Counted from the stretch's first letter, positions 36,357 through 45,533 are shown. The stretch is 64,000 bases of DNA from a virus (IMGVR_UViG_3300042276_000119:11284-75283), one strand, 5' to 3'. The notes: generated by a model not told the origin, from the letters alone. A program made the numbers and translations.

Positions 36357-36432
36357 TGGCACCCTCGGCAGGACTCAAACCTGCAACCAACGGAGTAGAA
36401 ATCCGATGCTCTTTCGATTGAGCTACGAGGGC
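36357..36432 (-). tRNA. tRNA-Arg(TCT)
   Basis: GCCCTCGTAGCTCAATCGAAAGAGC...CGGA-TTTCTAC-TCCG...GCAGG-TTTGAGT-CCTGC-CGAGGGT-G-CCA. Confidence 0.88.
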
Positions 36433-36441
36433 TTTAAAGGT

Positions 36442-36652
36442 AAGTGGATCACACTGCCGGTGTCTTAAACGCCCGGCGCACCAACAATTGGTAAGGGAGT
36501 AACGGCAGATGAACCACTTGGGGTGTTGGGTCGGCTGTAAGCAGAACGCCTATTCCGACAACACTGACTAGATGTTAAGTAGAAAAAGTTTAAGTTCTTC
36601 CGACCCAACACTCCGAGTGATTCAGGCTCTGACCGGCCGAAGCCGGTCAGAG
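36442..36652 (-). ncRNA. candidate structured RNA upstream of the tRNAs
   Basis: ORF-free region with a cUUCGg-capped hairpin (36627-36652), a 25-bp stem (36510-36534 with 36600-36624) and an overlapping stem (36442-36459 with 36502-36519). Confidence 0.45.
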
Positions 36653-36666
36653 AAAAACTCTACCGA

Positions 36667-37464
36667 TTACTTGGCGAGTTTGAAGTTCCACGGGTAGAAC
36701 CCGTTGTTACCGTGCTTCACCTTCTTGCCGACAGATGCTTCGATCTCGAAAGCGTCGAAGCCACCGTACAGCTTGGCACCGCGAGCCATGACACCAGCGA
36801 AACGGCCTTGGCCAGACTTCGGGATGGACAGCATCACTGTTTCGCCTACCAGCTCCTGAGCCTGCTCAGAAGTCGGGTCTGCTTCAAGGATGGTCGCTAC
36901 CACGTCAACGTATTTCTTGATGACGGGACGGTAGTTTTCTTCGCCGGAGTCAGCAGCCCACTGTGCCAGCATAGCCTCAGCAGATGTGCCATCAGCCTTG
37001 GTCATGCCAGTGGCGTCGTAGGTCATGTAGTGCTCGGCATCGTCATCATCAGTTTCTGAGATGCGGTAACGAGCACGAGTGCTTTCAGCCTGGAAGACGA
37101 AAGACTTACCCAAGTTGGATTCGTCATCGCCCAACATCTGGAAGAAGCCTTCACCAGGCAGGTTGATTACCGGGAAAGAGAACGCATCAAGTTCCAAGCC
37201 TTCAAAGCCCTGTTCAGCAGCGACTTTGGTGAAGTTGTAGCCACCCAGCATCGGCGCCGCTGCGGCAGGGCGAGCTGCTACTGCGGTGTTTGCCTGGACG
37301 GCCGGGGCTTTCACTTCTTCAACATTGACTGCTTCAGCTACAACTTCCTCAGCAACGGCTTCAACACCAGCTGCGGAGACTTCCTGAATGGTTTCCTGTG
37401 CAACTTCCTGAGTGACTACAGTTTCAACTTCAGTCGCGGTTACGGTCGGTTTTGCAAGTGCCAT
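36667..37464 (-). CDS. putative ssDNA-binding / annealing protein
   Basis: Highly biased codon usage, own promoter, acidic low-complexity N-terminus, located between helicase and polymerase. Function inferred from context only. Confidence 0.5.
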   Translation of the reverse strand: MALAKPTVTATEVETVVTQEVAQETIQEVSAAGVEAVAEEVVAEAVNVEEVKAPAVQANTAVAARPAAAAPMLGGYNFTKVAAEQGFEGLELDAFSFPVINLPGEGFFQMLGDDESNLGKSFVFQAESTRARYRISETDDDDAEHYMTYDATGMTKADGTSAEAMLAQWAADSGEENYRPVIKKYVDVVATILEADPTSEQAQELVGETVMLSIPKSGQGRFAGVMARGAKLYGGFDAFEIEASVGKKVKHGNNGFYPWNFKLAK

Positions 37465-37547
37465 GATATTCACCTTTGGTCTTTGGTTAGGGACTTTCAA
37501 TTTCATTTTCATCGTCTTGCCTACCGTCAAATGCGATAGGTACAAGT

Positions 37548-37603
37548 ATTTAAATGCAGAATGTACATTGTGTCAATATGTACAAGTGCATATTTTGCAC
37601 ATT
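37548..37603 (-). promoter_or_regulatory. sigma70-like promoter overlapped by TGTACA/TGTGCA motif variants
   Basis: TTGACA-17-TTAAAT (37576 to 37548) with ATGTACA in the spacer and motif variants just upstream. Confidence 0.65.
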
Positions 37604-37609
37604 ACGCTG

Positions 37610-39175
37610 CTACTCGCCCATAAGTTCGTGAAGCAGCTTACGTTTATCACGCATCACCTCGTTGTTTACGAGGTCTTTCTTCAGGAGGGTACGGACGTGC
37701 CCCCCGGAAATCGTCTTCATCACCCGGAAGAAATAGGCGATGACTTGGTGTTTCTGGCCCGAGCGGTCTGCCCTGGCGATGGCCTGATAGGCATCTTTGG
37801 GTACCGTGGGCACCTCTGCAAACAGGATGTAGTGCGCTGCACTCTGCAGGTTCAACCCGGCCCCACCAGACTGCCAGTTGACCACTATCACCCTGCAGCT
37901 GTCGTCCTCCAGAAACTTCTTCCGGTTGGCATCTTTATCTGCAGATGTGCCGTTGATCACAGCAGGGTTGAACTGCTCGTAGTGCTTGGCCAGCGCCGCC
38001 ACCGTTGCCTTGTAGTAAGCAAAGATGATGACCTTCTTCTTGCTCAGGTCGATACCTTCGATCACTGTATCCATGCTCTGACGTAGAGCATTTGCAGGTG
38101 CCTTCTCAGTGTACATCTCTGGCACGGACACCAACTGCTTCGCCAACTGCCGCATCTTGGAGTCGTTGATCGCGTCGATTCTGCCTTCTGGCAGGTCGAG
38201 CATCCTCTGCTTGATCACCTGGTCGTAGAGCTTCTTGTGAGCGGTCTCCAGATGTACCTTCACCTCAATGATCTGGGGTTCTGATACCGTCCTGAACACC
38301 TCGCTGGAGACCCTCACAGCATTCTGATACAGGTTCTCGTGCAGTAGGTCCAGGTTCTTGAATCCAAGCACATGCCTGAACTTGCTGTCATTGTCGAGTA
38401 TGACATGTTGCCGGTCGAAAGCCCGCTTTGACGGGTACGCCTCCGGGGTTTTCAGTCTGATCAAGCCGAACGTGTCCTCCGGGGTGTTGCCGGATGGAGT
38501 GCCGGTGGCCAGGTACAAGATGTGCTCGCCCACCGTGTCGGTGACATACTCCCAGAACCGCTGGTGTATCTGACTGCCGGGGTTCTTCAAGGCGTGGGCC
38601 TCGTCAGCGATGAGTACGTTGTAGCCGGCCCGTTTCAGTGTGTCCCAGTTTGGGTTGGGTACTTTGACCTTCTTGGGTCTGGGCCGACCCTCTTCTTTCA
38701 CCATTTTGGTGTGCGTCTTTCGCTGATCTGAGTACTTCCTGAACATCTCGTAGGACATAATCAGGATGTCAGGCCAGCCGTCTTCGTCCCATTGGGCAAT
38801 TAATTGCTCCCGCTTTTTGACAGGTTCGTCGAGCAGGTGGATTTTAAGGTGGTCGTGAATCCCGACGAAGAAATCAGCGAACGTCTCAGCGAACTGGCCG
38901 CACAGCGTGGGCGGCATCACCACACACACTTTGTTGCCATAGAACGCATAGGTCACCGCAGCGAACTGCATGGGAAAGGTCTTCCCAGTGCCTGGGTCAG
39001 AGAAGTCAGCGAACCGCTCGTAACGAAACATCTGCTGCATCGTCTGAAACTGCCAGGGGAACGGCTGGTATGGCAGTTTGACTTGCTTGGCCCACTGAGG
39101 GGCGTCGGTGATACCGACGCCGCACATCAGGTCATAGAGAGCAGTCTCTGCAGGTTGCACAGCGGCTTCACTCAT
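37610..39175 (-). CDS. SNF2-family (SF2) helicase
   Basis: DPGTGKT, IADEAH, ATGTP, GAGLNLQ and QAIARADRSGQ. Confidence 0.92.
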   Translation of the reverse strand: MSEAAVQPAETALYDLMCGVGITDAPQWAKQVKLPYQPFPWQFQTMQQMFRYERFADFSDPGTGKTFPMQFAAVTYAFYGNKVCVVMPPTLCGQFAETFADFFVGIHDHLKIHLLDEPVKKREQLIAQWDEDGWPDILIMSYEMFRKYSDQRKTHTKMVKEEGRPRPKKVKVPNPNWDTLKRAGYNVLIADEAHALKNPGSQIHQRFWEYVTDTVGEHILYLATGTPSGNTPEDTFGLIRLKTPEAYPSKRAFDRQHVILDNDSKFRHVLGFKNLDLLHENLYQNAVRVSSEVFRTVSEPQIIEVKVHLETAHKKLYDQVIKQRMLDLPEGRIDAINDSKMRQLAKQLVSVPEMYTEKAPANALRQSMDTVIEGIDLSKKKVIIFAYYKATVAALAKHYEQFNPAVINGTSADKDANRKKFLEDDSCRVIVVNWQSGGAGLNLQSAAHYILFAEVPTVPKDAYQAIARADRSGQKHQVIAYFFRVMKTISGGHVRTLLKKDLVNNEVMRDKRKLLHELMGE

Positions 39176-41981
39176 CGTAGCCCTCCTCATCCTCCTCTCG
39201 GAAGTTGTTGATCTGGATGCCCTTTGTGCGCATTCCGAGCAGGTCCATCCGGGTTACAGATGTACCTTCCCGAGTCGGGTGTGGTCCGTCGCCAAGGTGG
39301 TAGTTCTCTCCACGCAGCAGTGTGCGCAGTTGCCCGGCGTTGGCCACCACTGGTCGGTCTCCAATACTGCGGGAGAACTTGGCATACATCGGGAACGCCA
39401 GCTGGGTGTCTACCATCAGTTCGTTGCCACGTCGGAAGTAGTGCAGGCCAGGTATCAGGCGCTCTGCTACGCTCGACGGCTGCGCAGCCATGGTGGACAT
39501 GGCTTCGATAACGATATCGGACTCTGAACGGGACTTCTCCTTGCTGATGTTGTCCTGCTCTTCGCAGAGCCATTCCAACAGACCGTCAATCAGTTCCTGA
39601 ATCTCATCGTGTACACCCAGCTCCAGCGTATCAGTGACCGTCTGCAGCCACTCCAGACCGGTCAGGACCACCGTGTAGGAGTAGTGTGCCCGGGTACCTA
39701 CTGCAGTAGGTACCCGAGGAGCGTACTTGGCCATAATGGTGTGCACCGGTCGCTGCGTGGTTCTCAGTGCGGTTGCCACCATCTCTTTGCCCAGATCAGC
39801 CAGCCTGTGCCGCATCTCGAACGCATACATGAAGTTGCTTTCGCGCCCCGGCACCTCTCGCTGCCGCTGTGACATTCCCACCATCACGGTACGCTGCCGA
39901 AGGGCAGGGCGCTCTGGCGGTTGCTCAGACAGGTACAGGATGGGGCCGGTCAGCTTGACCTTGCTCACCGCTGCCCCGCGATCAGGACGGGAGGACAGGG
40001 TGCCCTTCGACTCTTCCAAGCCAGCCCAGGCGGCTTTCGCCACGCCGACGAACTTGTCGTACACCCGGCGCGGCACCAGTGATGGGTTCACCTCGTCGAT
40101 GATGCGCACCACAGTGGTGGAACTGGCTACCATTGCAGTGATCGCATACGGCGTGGTGGTCTCCAAGTCCAGCGGGCTGTCCCGCATTTCGTAGTCACAG
40201 CCGTGGAGGTAACCCATCAGGTGCGCTGTTTTGGATTTACCGGAGCCGGCGTTGCCGTAAAGGTTCAGCAGAGGGAACTGGTTCAGTTTGGTGATGATCT
40301 GCTGCTTCAAGAAGCAGGCCACTGTCCAGCCCAGACACTGTGCCACTACATGAGGGTCGTTGATCTTGCACAACGCTCTCAGTGTGTCGGCCATCTCCTG
40401 GTCCTGGTTCTCTACTCCGCTTGCAGCGAACAGGGTTGGTGGGGCCTGGATGTTGTCCACCACCAGCTTGTGGGTGCCTATCTCTGACGAGCTGGTCAGG
40501 GAGAATGAAGGCTCCACATACACCATGCTCTTGCTCGCCCCGATCCGATACCAGTGGAATCCACTGGCTTTGACTTCGTGAATTTCGCCTATCATGTCGA
40601 TGTCTCTGAAAATGCTGTGACGAAGGCGCTGTATCTCAGCGTCGTTTGCGTACACTGCGCAGTTGCCAATACCATTCATGGCTCTGATCAGGCTGGACCT
40701 GCTGTTCCACGCATCATCTGGAATCATGTGGGTGTGACTGCAGGAATGTCCCTCTCGGTTGAGCCAGAGCACCTTGGCAGATACCCCGGTGCGGAGCTTG
40801 CCGCTTTCCTCGGTCTCTGCTGTGTAGAAGGTGGTAGGTTCGATAGTGAAGGTGGTCAGCTGCTTCTCGCCGGCTTTGAACATCGCAAAATAGCCGGTTG
40901 GCCTGGCTTCAATGAAGTCCAACTCGCCCATCTCGACTGATTCGCCGTCCTGGGTTTTGCAGATGAGGCAGTCGCCACAGGGTCGGATTACCTTGAACAG
41001 GGCTCGGCGGCTGAAGACGAAGTTCTGATCCTTAAACGCTCGAAAGATGGCCCCTTTGATGTGGCGCAACCGGTCAGCCTCGCTCCGGTAACTGCCGGAG
41101 GTCACGTTCTTGGCCATCGTTCTGGCCAGGGCCATCCAGCCGTCCCGGTCGTCAATCGTGTATTTAACTTTGACGAACGCAGCCAGCTGCATCGCTGCCT
41201 GGTTGAAGTTCGAGCCGTCCTTATCGCCCTTGGTGATCAGTTTCTGTATGCAGCCGTCCTCTGCAGAGAATTCAGCCAGCAGTTCCTCGTCTATCTGCTC
41301 ATGGCCTTGGAACTCCATGATCTGCTGGTGGACGGCTTTCTGCGCTTGGTCGAACAGGTTCGTCAGGCCGAGAGATGGCATCCCGGAATACTTGTACTCA
41401 AGCTCGCGGGACTCACTGCACAGCTTTTCGTACTTCTGTGGGTTGAGCTGTTCCAGCTCGGCAAAGGTCAACGGGACCTTGTACTGCCCGTTCTCTCGCT
41501 GGACGTTGGGGGTACGCCACATCCGGCCACGACCGCCGCTGTAAACCACCATGTCGAGGTTTTCAACGAAGAGCGACTGTGCCATCTCCCTGTAAATCCA
41601 GGGCAGGGCGACAAAGCACTTGGTCTTGCCTTGGCCAAACACCTGCTGGTCGATCAGGATGTGGAAACCCTTTTTGCCTGTGGCCCAAATCTGCAGGTCT
41701 TGCGGCTGTACACCCTCTGCCATCAGGTGGGAGCACAGCTCAATAGCCGACTGGATAGAGGCGTTGATGTCTTGCGAGTCGATGTCGAAGTAAAGTGGCC
41801 CTCGGTACCGCAGCGATTTCGTGTCGAAGTCCTCGTCGTTCTCCGCATATTCGATCATCTGGCCAACCGCCAATATGGTCGTCATCGGCGCAGCTTCGAT
41901 CATGTGAGCCCACTTGTTATCGTCCGGGCAGGCCCGCCAAGCGGTCTTCTTCTCTGTGGTGGTTTGGATGTATTTGTACAT
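39168..41981 (-). CDS. primase-helicase (AEP primase-polymerase fused to a P-loop domain)
   Basis: LYFDIDS, TGKKGFH, D...Y...R..R.PN AEP motifs. C-terminal GNAGSGKS Walker A and IIDE Walker B. Confidence 0.85.
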   Translation of the reverse strand: MYKYIQTTTEKKTAWRACPDDNKWAHMIEAAPMTTILAVGQMIEYAENDEDFDTKSLRYRGPLYFDIDSQDINASIQSAIELCSHLMAEGVQPQDLQIWATGKKGFHILIDQQVFGQGKTKCFVALPWIYREMAQSLFVENLDMVVYSGGRGRMWRTPNVQRENGQYKVPLTFAELEQLNPQKYEKLCSESRELEYKYSGMPSLGLTNLFDQAQKAVHQQIMEFQGHEQIDEELLAEFSAEDGCIQKLITKGDKDGSNFNQAAMQLAAFVKVKYTIDDRDGWMALARTMAKNVTSGSYRSEADRLRHIKGAIFRAFKDQNFVFSRRALFKVIRPCGDCLICKTQDGESVEMGELDFIEARPTGYFAMFKAGEKQLTTFTIEPTTFYTAETEESGKLRTGVSAKVLWLNREGHSCSHTHMIPDDAWNSRSSLIRAMNGIGNCAVYANDAEIQRLRHSIFRDIDMIGEIHEVKASGFHWYRIGASKSMVYVEPSFSLTSSSEIGTHKLVVDNIQAPPTLFAASGVENQDQEMADTLRALCKINDPHVVAQCLGWTVACFLKQQIITKLNQFPLLNLYGNAGSGKSKTAHLMGYLHGCDYEMRDSPLDLETTTPYAITAMVASSTTVVRIIDEVNPSLVPRRVYDKFVGVAKAAWAGLEESKGTLSSRPDRGAAVSKVKLTGPILYLSEQPPERPALRQRTVMVGMSQRQREVPGRESNFMYAFEMRHRLADLGKEMVATALRTTQRPVHTIMAKYAPRVPTAVGTRAHYSYTVVLTGLEWLQTVTDTLELGVHDEIQELIDGLLEWLCEEQDNISKEKSRSESDIVIEAMSTMAAQPSSVAERLIPGLHYFRRGNELMVDTQLAFPMYAKFSRSIGDRPVVANAGQLRTLLRGENYHLGDGPHPTREGTSVTRMDLLGMRTKGIQINNFREEDEEGYDE

Positions 41982-41983
41982 GG

Positions 41984-42247
41984 TCAAACCTCCATCTGAG
42001 TTGCGGTGAGTTTCTTAACGAATAGCCTGCGGTCTACCAACGAGGTCTGAAAATCAACTTGGGGTTTAAGGCCCCGACGCTGCAGGTAGTGGATGGTACC
42101 CACCTGCCGGGATCGGCCTGCGTTCACTGTGTCTGCGGTAAGGACTTCCACTACTGTGCCTGGATCGACACTTGAATACCGCTCAGCAAAGGCTTCGTAG
42201 TCAAACCTGGGCTGAGTGAAGACAGGGTTACTCATAACAATACTCAC
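41984..42247 (-). CDS. hypothetical protein
   Basis: Fills the gap between the helicase and primase genes. Exact start uncertain. Confidence 0.55.
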   Translation of the reverse strand: MSIVMSNPVFTQPRFDYEAFAERYSSVDPGTVVEVLTADTVNAGRSRQVGTIHYLQRRGLKPQVDFQTSLVDRRLFVKKLTATQMEV

Positions 42248-42280
42248 TAATGCCCCGCACCCTTGGATGCGGGGTGCAGG

Positions 42281-43606
42281 TTATACAGCGATAAATTTCT
42301 TGCGATTTACATACAGCTCGTTGGCCGGTCGTGTAGCGCCAACGTAGAGGAGCTTCAATTGCTCCTGCAGGACTTTCTGTTTCTGGATGTCGATCACGTC
42401 AAGGAACACGGTGCCGAAGGTAGAGCCCTGTGACCGGTGAACCGTGATGGCGTAGCAGTGTTTAACCTGGTGGACAGATTCTTTCACCTCCCAGTACATC
42501 CCCCAGTCGCCAGTCTTTTTGGCGTAGGCAGCGATATCTCTCAGGTGTCCGTAGAACTCGTCCTGGTGGTTACGGTGAAGTACATGCACCACAACGTCTC
42601 TTGCCTGGGAGTGCAGAGGTTCGATCACCAGCGTCCACACTGGAAATAGCAGGGAGCTGTTGAACGCGCTGGGCACCACGTCCTGCTCGACAGCTTTAAC
42701 AACGCATTCTTCATCTGTAGGGAGCAGTATGTTGCCGTCATCATCTTTAACCACGTCTGTGGTCACCACCCGGTCACCAACGATGAACTGCGGCACCTTT
42801 TTGCCGTGCCAGTGTTGCCTGAAGGCGTGGTTCAGTTCGTCCACACGGCGGTTGGTCCATGCCAACATGCGGCACTTGTCGGTGTCTTCCGGGTCAATGC
42901 GATCCAGGGCCAGCTTCACAAACGCCGGTCCGAGCGCGGCTTCCACACCTGAACCATCGCTGCCTCTCGACTCCTCGATGGCGGGGAGTCGCTTGCGGTT
43001 GTCGATGCAGGAGCGGAGCTGGTTGGCCAGGGTCAGGATCGGACCGGAGTAGCGCTCAACCTTTGTGAGGGTGTAGGAATCGCCCATATCGAACGCTTCG
43101 CAGCGTTGCTCCATAACCGGTGGCAGCTGGTAAGGGTCGCCCATGAACAGGATTTTTGTTGGGGTACCCACCACGGCGTCTTCGAGAATGTCCAGCGCCC
43201 GGCTCGGGCACATGGAGGCTTCATCGACTACCACAATGTCGTAGTTGCCGATCTTCGCTTTGCCGGCCCGGACAATGGATTTGCGCTCCTCGTTGGGCAG
43301 CACGGCCAGGCCCAGGGCAGAATGCAGGGTGGAGCAGTCGTACATAACGCCGTATGCGGATGCCATCTTGGCCAACACCCTTACAGCCTTGTTGGTTGGT
43401 GCACACAGCAGAATCTTGCAGCCTTTCTCACGGTAGGGCTCTAAAACGTGAAAAACCGAAGTGGACTTGCCGGTACCGCCTCCGCCTTGCAGCGAGAAGT
43501 AACGATTACTGCCTCGGGCGGGTAAACCCTCGACAACCTTGGTGCTGAGAAACGTATCAATCTTCTGGGTAGCCTCAAGCTGCCCATCATTGAGTTTGAT
43601 GGTCAT
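42281..43606 (-). CDS. Dda/RecD-like SF1B helicase
   Basis: GGGGTGKS, APTNKA, TLHS, VVDEASM, GDPYQLPPV, YAITVHRSQGSTF and YVGATR. Confidence 0.92.
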   Translation of the reverse strand: MTIKLNDGQLEATQKIDTFLSTKVVEGLPARGSNRYFSLQGGGGTGKSTSVFHVLEPYREKGCKILLCAPTNKAVRVLAKMASAYGVMYDCSTLHSALGLAVLPNEERKSIVRAGKAKIGNYDIVVVDEASMCPSRALDILEDAVVGTPTKILFMGDPYQLPPVMEQRCEAFDMGDSYTLTKVERYSGPILTLANQLRSCIDNRKRLPAIEESRGSDGSGVEAALGPAFVKLALDRIDPEDTDKCRMLAWTNRRVDELNHAFRQHWHGKKVPQFIVGDRVVTTDVVKDDDGNILLPTDEECVVKAVEQDVVPSAFNSSLLFPVWTLVIEPLHSQARDVVVHVLHRNHQDEFYGHLRDIAAYAKKTGDWGMYWEVKESVHQVKHCYAITVHRSQGSTFGTVFLDVIDIQKQKVLQEQLKLLYVGATRPANELYVNRKKFIAV

Positions 43607-43638
43607 GGTCGTTCCTTTTTGGTCTGGTCTTTTGGTCG

Positions 43639-43688
43639 TGTACAAATGTACAAAGGCACATTAAAGCGTTAGCACGTCAGTAAGTCAA
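43639..43688 (-). promoter_or_regulatory. sigma70-like promoter with operator motif over the +1 region
   Basis: TTGACT-17-TTTAAT followed directly by GTGCCTTTGTACATTTGTACA. Confidence 0.7.
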
Positions 43689-43709
43689 CGCAATAATGTT
43701 TCGGAGGTG

Positions 43710-43982
43710 TTACGGGAATGTAACGTCGTGGATGCGATCTGAGATGAGTGTCAGTTTAGCGTAGGTCTGAAAGTCTGGAGCTATAGAGTGCATTGCGAGT
43801 TCTGACGAATCATCAATAGCTATTGAGTCCCCACCTATATACACCCACTGATCTTCCTCAGTTTTGTCTGGCTGAGTAATCTTCAGATTTGCACCACCGT
43901 TGAGGTGGTCCACTTCTTTGAGTTGGTATTGGGCACCGTCAATCTTCAGGGTTTGCCCGATCTTGATAGAGATGTGAAGCAT
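43710..43982 (-). CDS. small beta protein, possibly CsrA-like fold
   Basis: ML.IS.K.GQTL.ID...L..V....A.L.I..P resembles the CsrA N-terminal pattern. AGGA RBS. Confidence 0.5.
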   Translation of the reverse strand: MLHISIKIGQTLKIDGAQYQLKEVDHLNGGANLKITQPDKTEEDQWVYIGGDSIAIDDSSELAMHSIAPDFQTYAKLTLISDRIHDVTFP

Positions 43983-44217
43983 ACGCGTTCCTTTTGGCTA
44001 TGGCTTGCTGTTCTGCAAGTCTGAGGTGTTTTCGTTGGTAGTACCAATTCACAAAGAAGGTTGCCATGCCTAAGACAACCCCGAATGCGAGGGCGTTGTT
44101 GTTCAAGAAATCCAGCATACCCGCTGCAGTGAGTCCACCACTGGCTGTGTACGAAACTCCAGTGCTAACTTTAGCTGCAAGGGTAGTCGTGTGTTCTGAT
44201 AGAGTAGGGCCTGCCAT
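43939..44217 (-). CDS. holin (HP1-like)
   Basis: Follows the endolysin. Hydrophobic segments ending in TFFVNWYYQRK. Confidence 0.8.
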   Translation of the reverse strand: MAGPTLSEHTTTLAAKVSTGVSYTASGGLTAAGMLDFLNNNALAFGVVLGMATFFVNWYYQRKHLRLAEQQAIAKRNAYASHLYQDRANPED

Positions 44218-44705
44218 TATCGAACCACCTCTACGTGAGGGAGGTCAATAAATGACTGGTCCAAACGGTCGTGATCTCTGTCCCAATCGTCTCCGAAGCG
44301 TAGCTTTACGCCGTGCACCTTACCGAACGCCATGAGAACCCCCTTCATCGTGGCGTATTCCTGCAGGACGAGTTCCCAGATGCGTTTTTCAGTTTTGCCG
44401 GTGGCTTTGGCAAGCGCTTTGATCTGGTCGGGGTGCCCGGAGAGGGCGGATGAAACCCGGATACCTGCCAGGTTTGTGACGTAGGGCCATAGGTCTACAG
44501 CGTCTGATGGGTAGGTGTTGTGTTTTCCGTTTGGCCACTTTACCTTGGTAACACCTTTGGCAAAGTACCGGTCTTGGGTCTCTTGGTCACGGTGACCTTC
44601 AATCATGGAGAAGTTGTAGACCTGAATAGCAGAATCTACTATCAACTTCAGCTCATCGCAGAGGGTTTCCCGTACTTCTGATGACTTGCGACCGAATGAA
44701 AACAT
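44217..44705 (-). CDS. endolysin, M15 L-Ala-D-Glu peptidase type
   Basis: F.FG..S...L, EGHR....Q, KHN...SDAVD, G.DW and DLPHVE zinc-peptidase motifs. Confidence 0.88.
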   Translation of the reverse strand: MFSFGRKSSEVRETLCDELKLIVDSAIQVYNFSMIEGHRDQETQDRYFAKGVTKVKWPNGKHNTYPSDAVDLWPYVTNLAGIRVSSALSGHPDQIKALAKATGKTEKRIWELVLQEYATMKGVLMAFGKVHGVKLRFGDDWDRDHDRLDQSFIDLPHVEVVR

Positions 44706-44728
44706 GGCGGGCTCGTGTGTTGGTTGTT

Positions 44729-44754
44729 CATAATGTACAAATGTACATTTTGCA
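44729..44754. promoter_or_regulatory. operator-like motif upstream of the lysis genes
   Basis: CATAATGTACAAATGTACATTTTGCA. Confidence 0.65.
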
Positions 44755-44783
44755 ACCGAACTTTTCCACCCTACGTTTTTGGG

Positions 44784-45149
44784 CTATTTGACCAGTTTGA
44801 GTACCGGTCGAGGCCGCTTGCTGTCGCTTTCCCTTGTAGCTTGCGCCGTTTTCTTCCTGTGCAGGTTCATAGCATGTCTTGCTGAATTGGCCATTCCAGA
44901 GTGAATTATTTCCATCAGCAAGTCTCGCGGTTGCAGGTTGTGCTGTCTGGCGTGACTGATCAGGATTGCCCAATCCATTGGACTGAACGACTCCACGATG
45001 TCCCTGGGCAAAACGGATTCGATGTCCAGCAACAGGCGCTCCACTGCTGGCAGCAGGCTTTCAACCGTGTAGGTCTTGCCTTGCTGGGCCGCGCTCATGC
45101 TCATGCACTCACATATTTGGGTTGTCAGTCTTCTCATGGGTCCTGCCAA
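44784..45149 (-). CDS. hypothetical protein with C-terminal RPVLKLVK
   Basis: Co-oriented ORF. True start probably near 45105-45116. Confidence 0.55.
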   Translation of the reverse strand: MAGPMRRLTTQICECMSMSAAQQGKTYTVESLLPAVERLLLDIESVLPRDIVESFSPMDWAILISHARQHNLQPRDLLMEIIHSGMANSARHAMNLHRKKTAQATRESDSKRPRPVLKLVK

Positions 45150-45510
45150 ATGGCAAATGGACCACGTTTCCCTTTACAGTGGGCTTGAGGCTCGGTGGTT
45201 CGGGTACAAGGTACACGTCATCCTTCAAATCGGAAAACTGTCTCGCACCTATTACCAGCAAGTCTGTAATGAAGGCTTTACCGCTCATACCTTTGACCAT
45301 TCCGGCCGGCAGCGCGTTGATGATGTGGTTCCATTCAGGTTGGGTAAGCTCCATCTCCAGAAGTACCTTCCACAGTTGTGGACCCACCCAATTTCTCATT
45401 CTGTGGAACGCGGCTATCGCACCACCTCTACCTTGTCCGATCTTTGCTTCCCACTGTGCAAGAAACAGGGTCTCTATTTCTCTTTCAGTGTGTTTTTTGG
45501 CCTCAGTCAT
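45109..45510 (-). CDS. hypothetical protein
   Basis: ACCAAAAGACCACAGGAG leader precedes the ATG. Confidence 0.7.
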   Translation of the reverse strand: MTEAKKHTEREIETLFLAQWEAKIGQGRGGAIAAFHRMRNWVGPQLWKVLLEMELTQPEWNHIINALPAGMVKGMSGKAFITDLLVIGARQFSDLKDDVYLVPEPPSLKPTVKGNVVHLPFGRTHEKTDNPNM

Positions 45511-45533
45511 TGGTCGCTCCTGTGGTCTTTTGG

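Noticed and set aside
36627-36657. Intrinsic terminator after the SSB-like gene
   Set aside because: On the coding strand the T-run lies 5' of the hairpin, so it does not fit a terminator. Treated as part of the candidate structured RNA.
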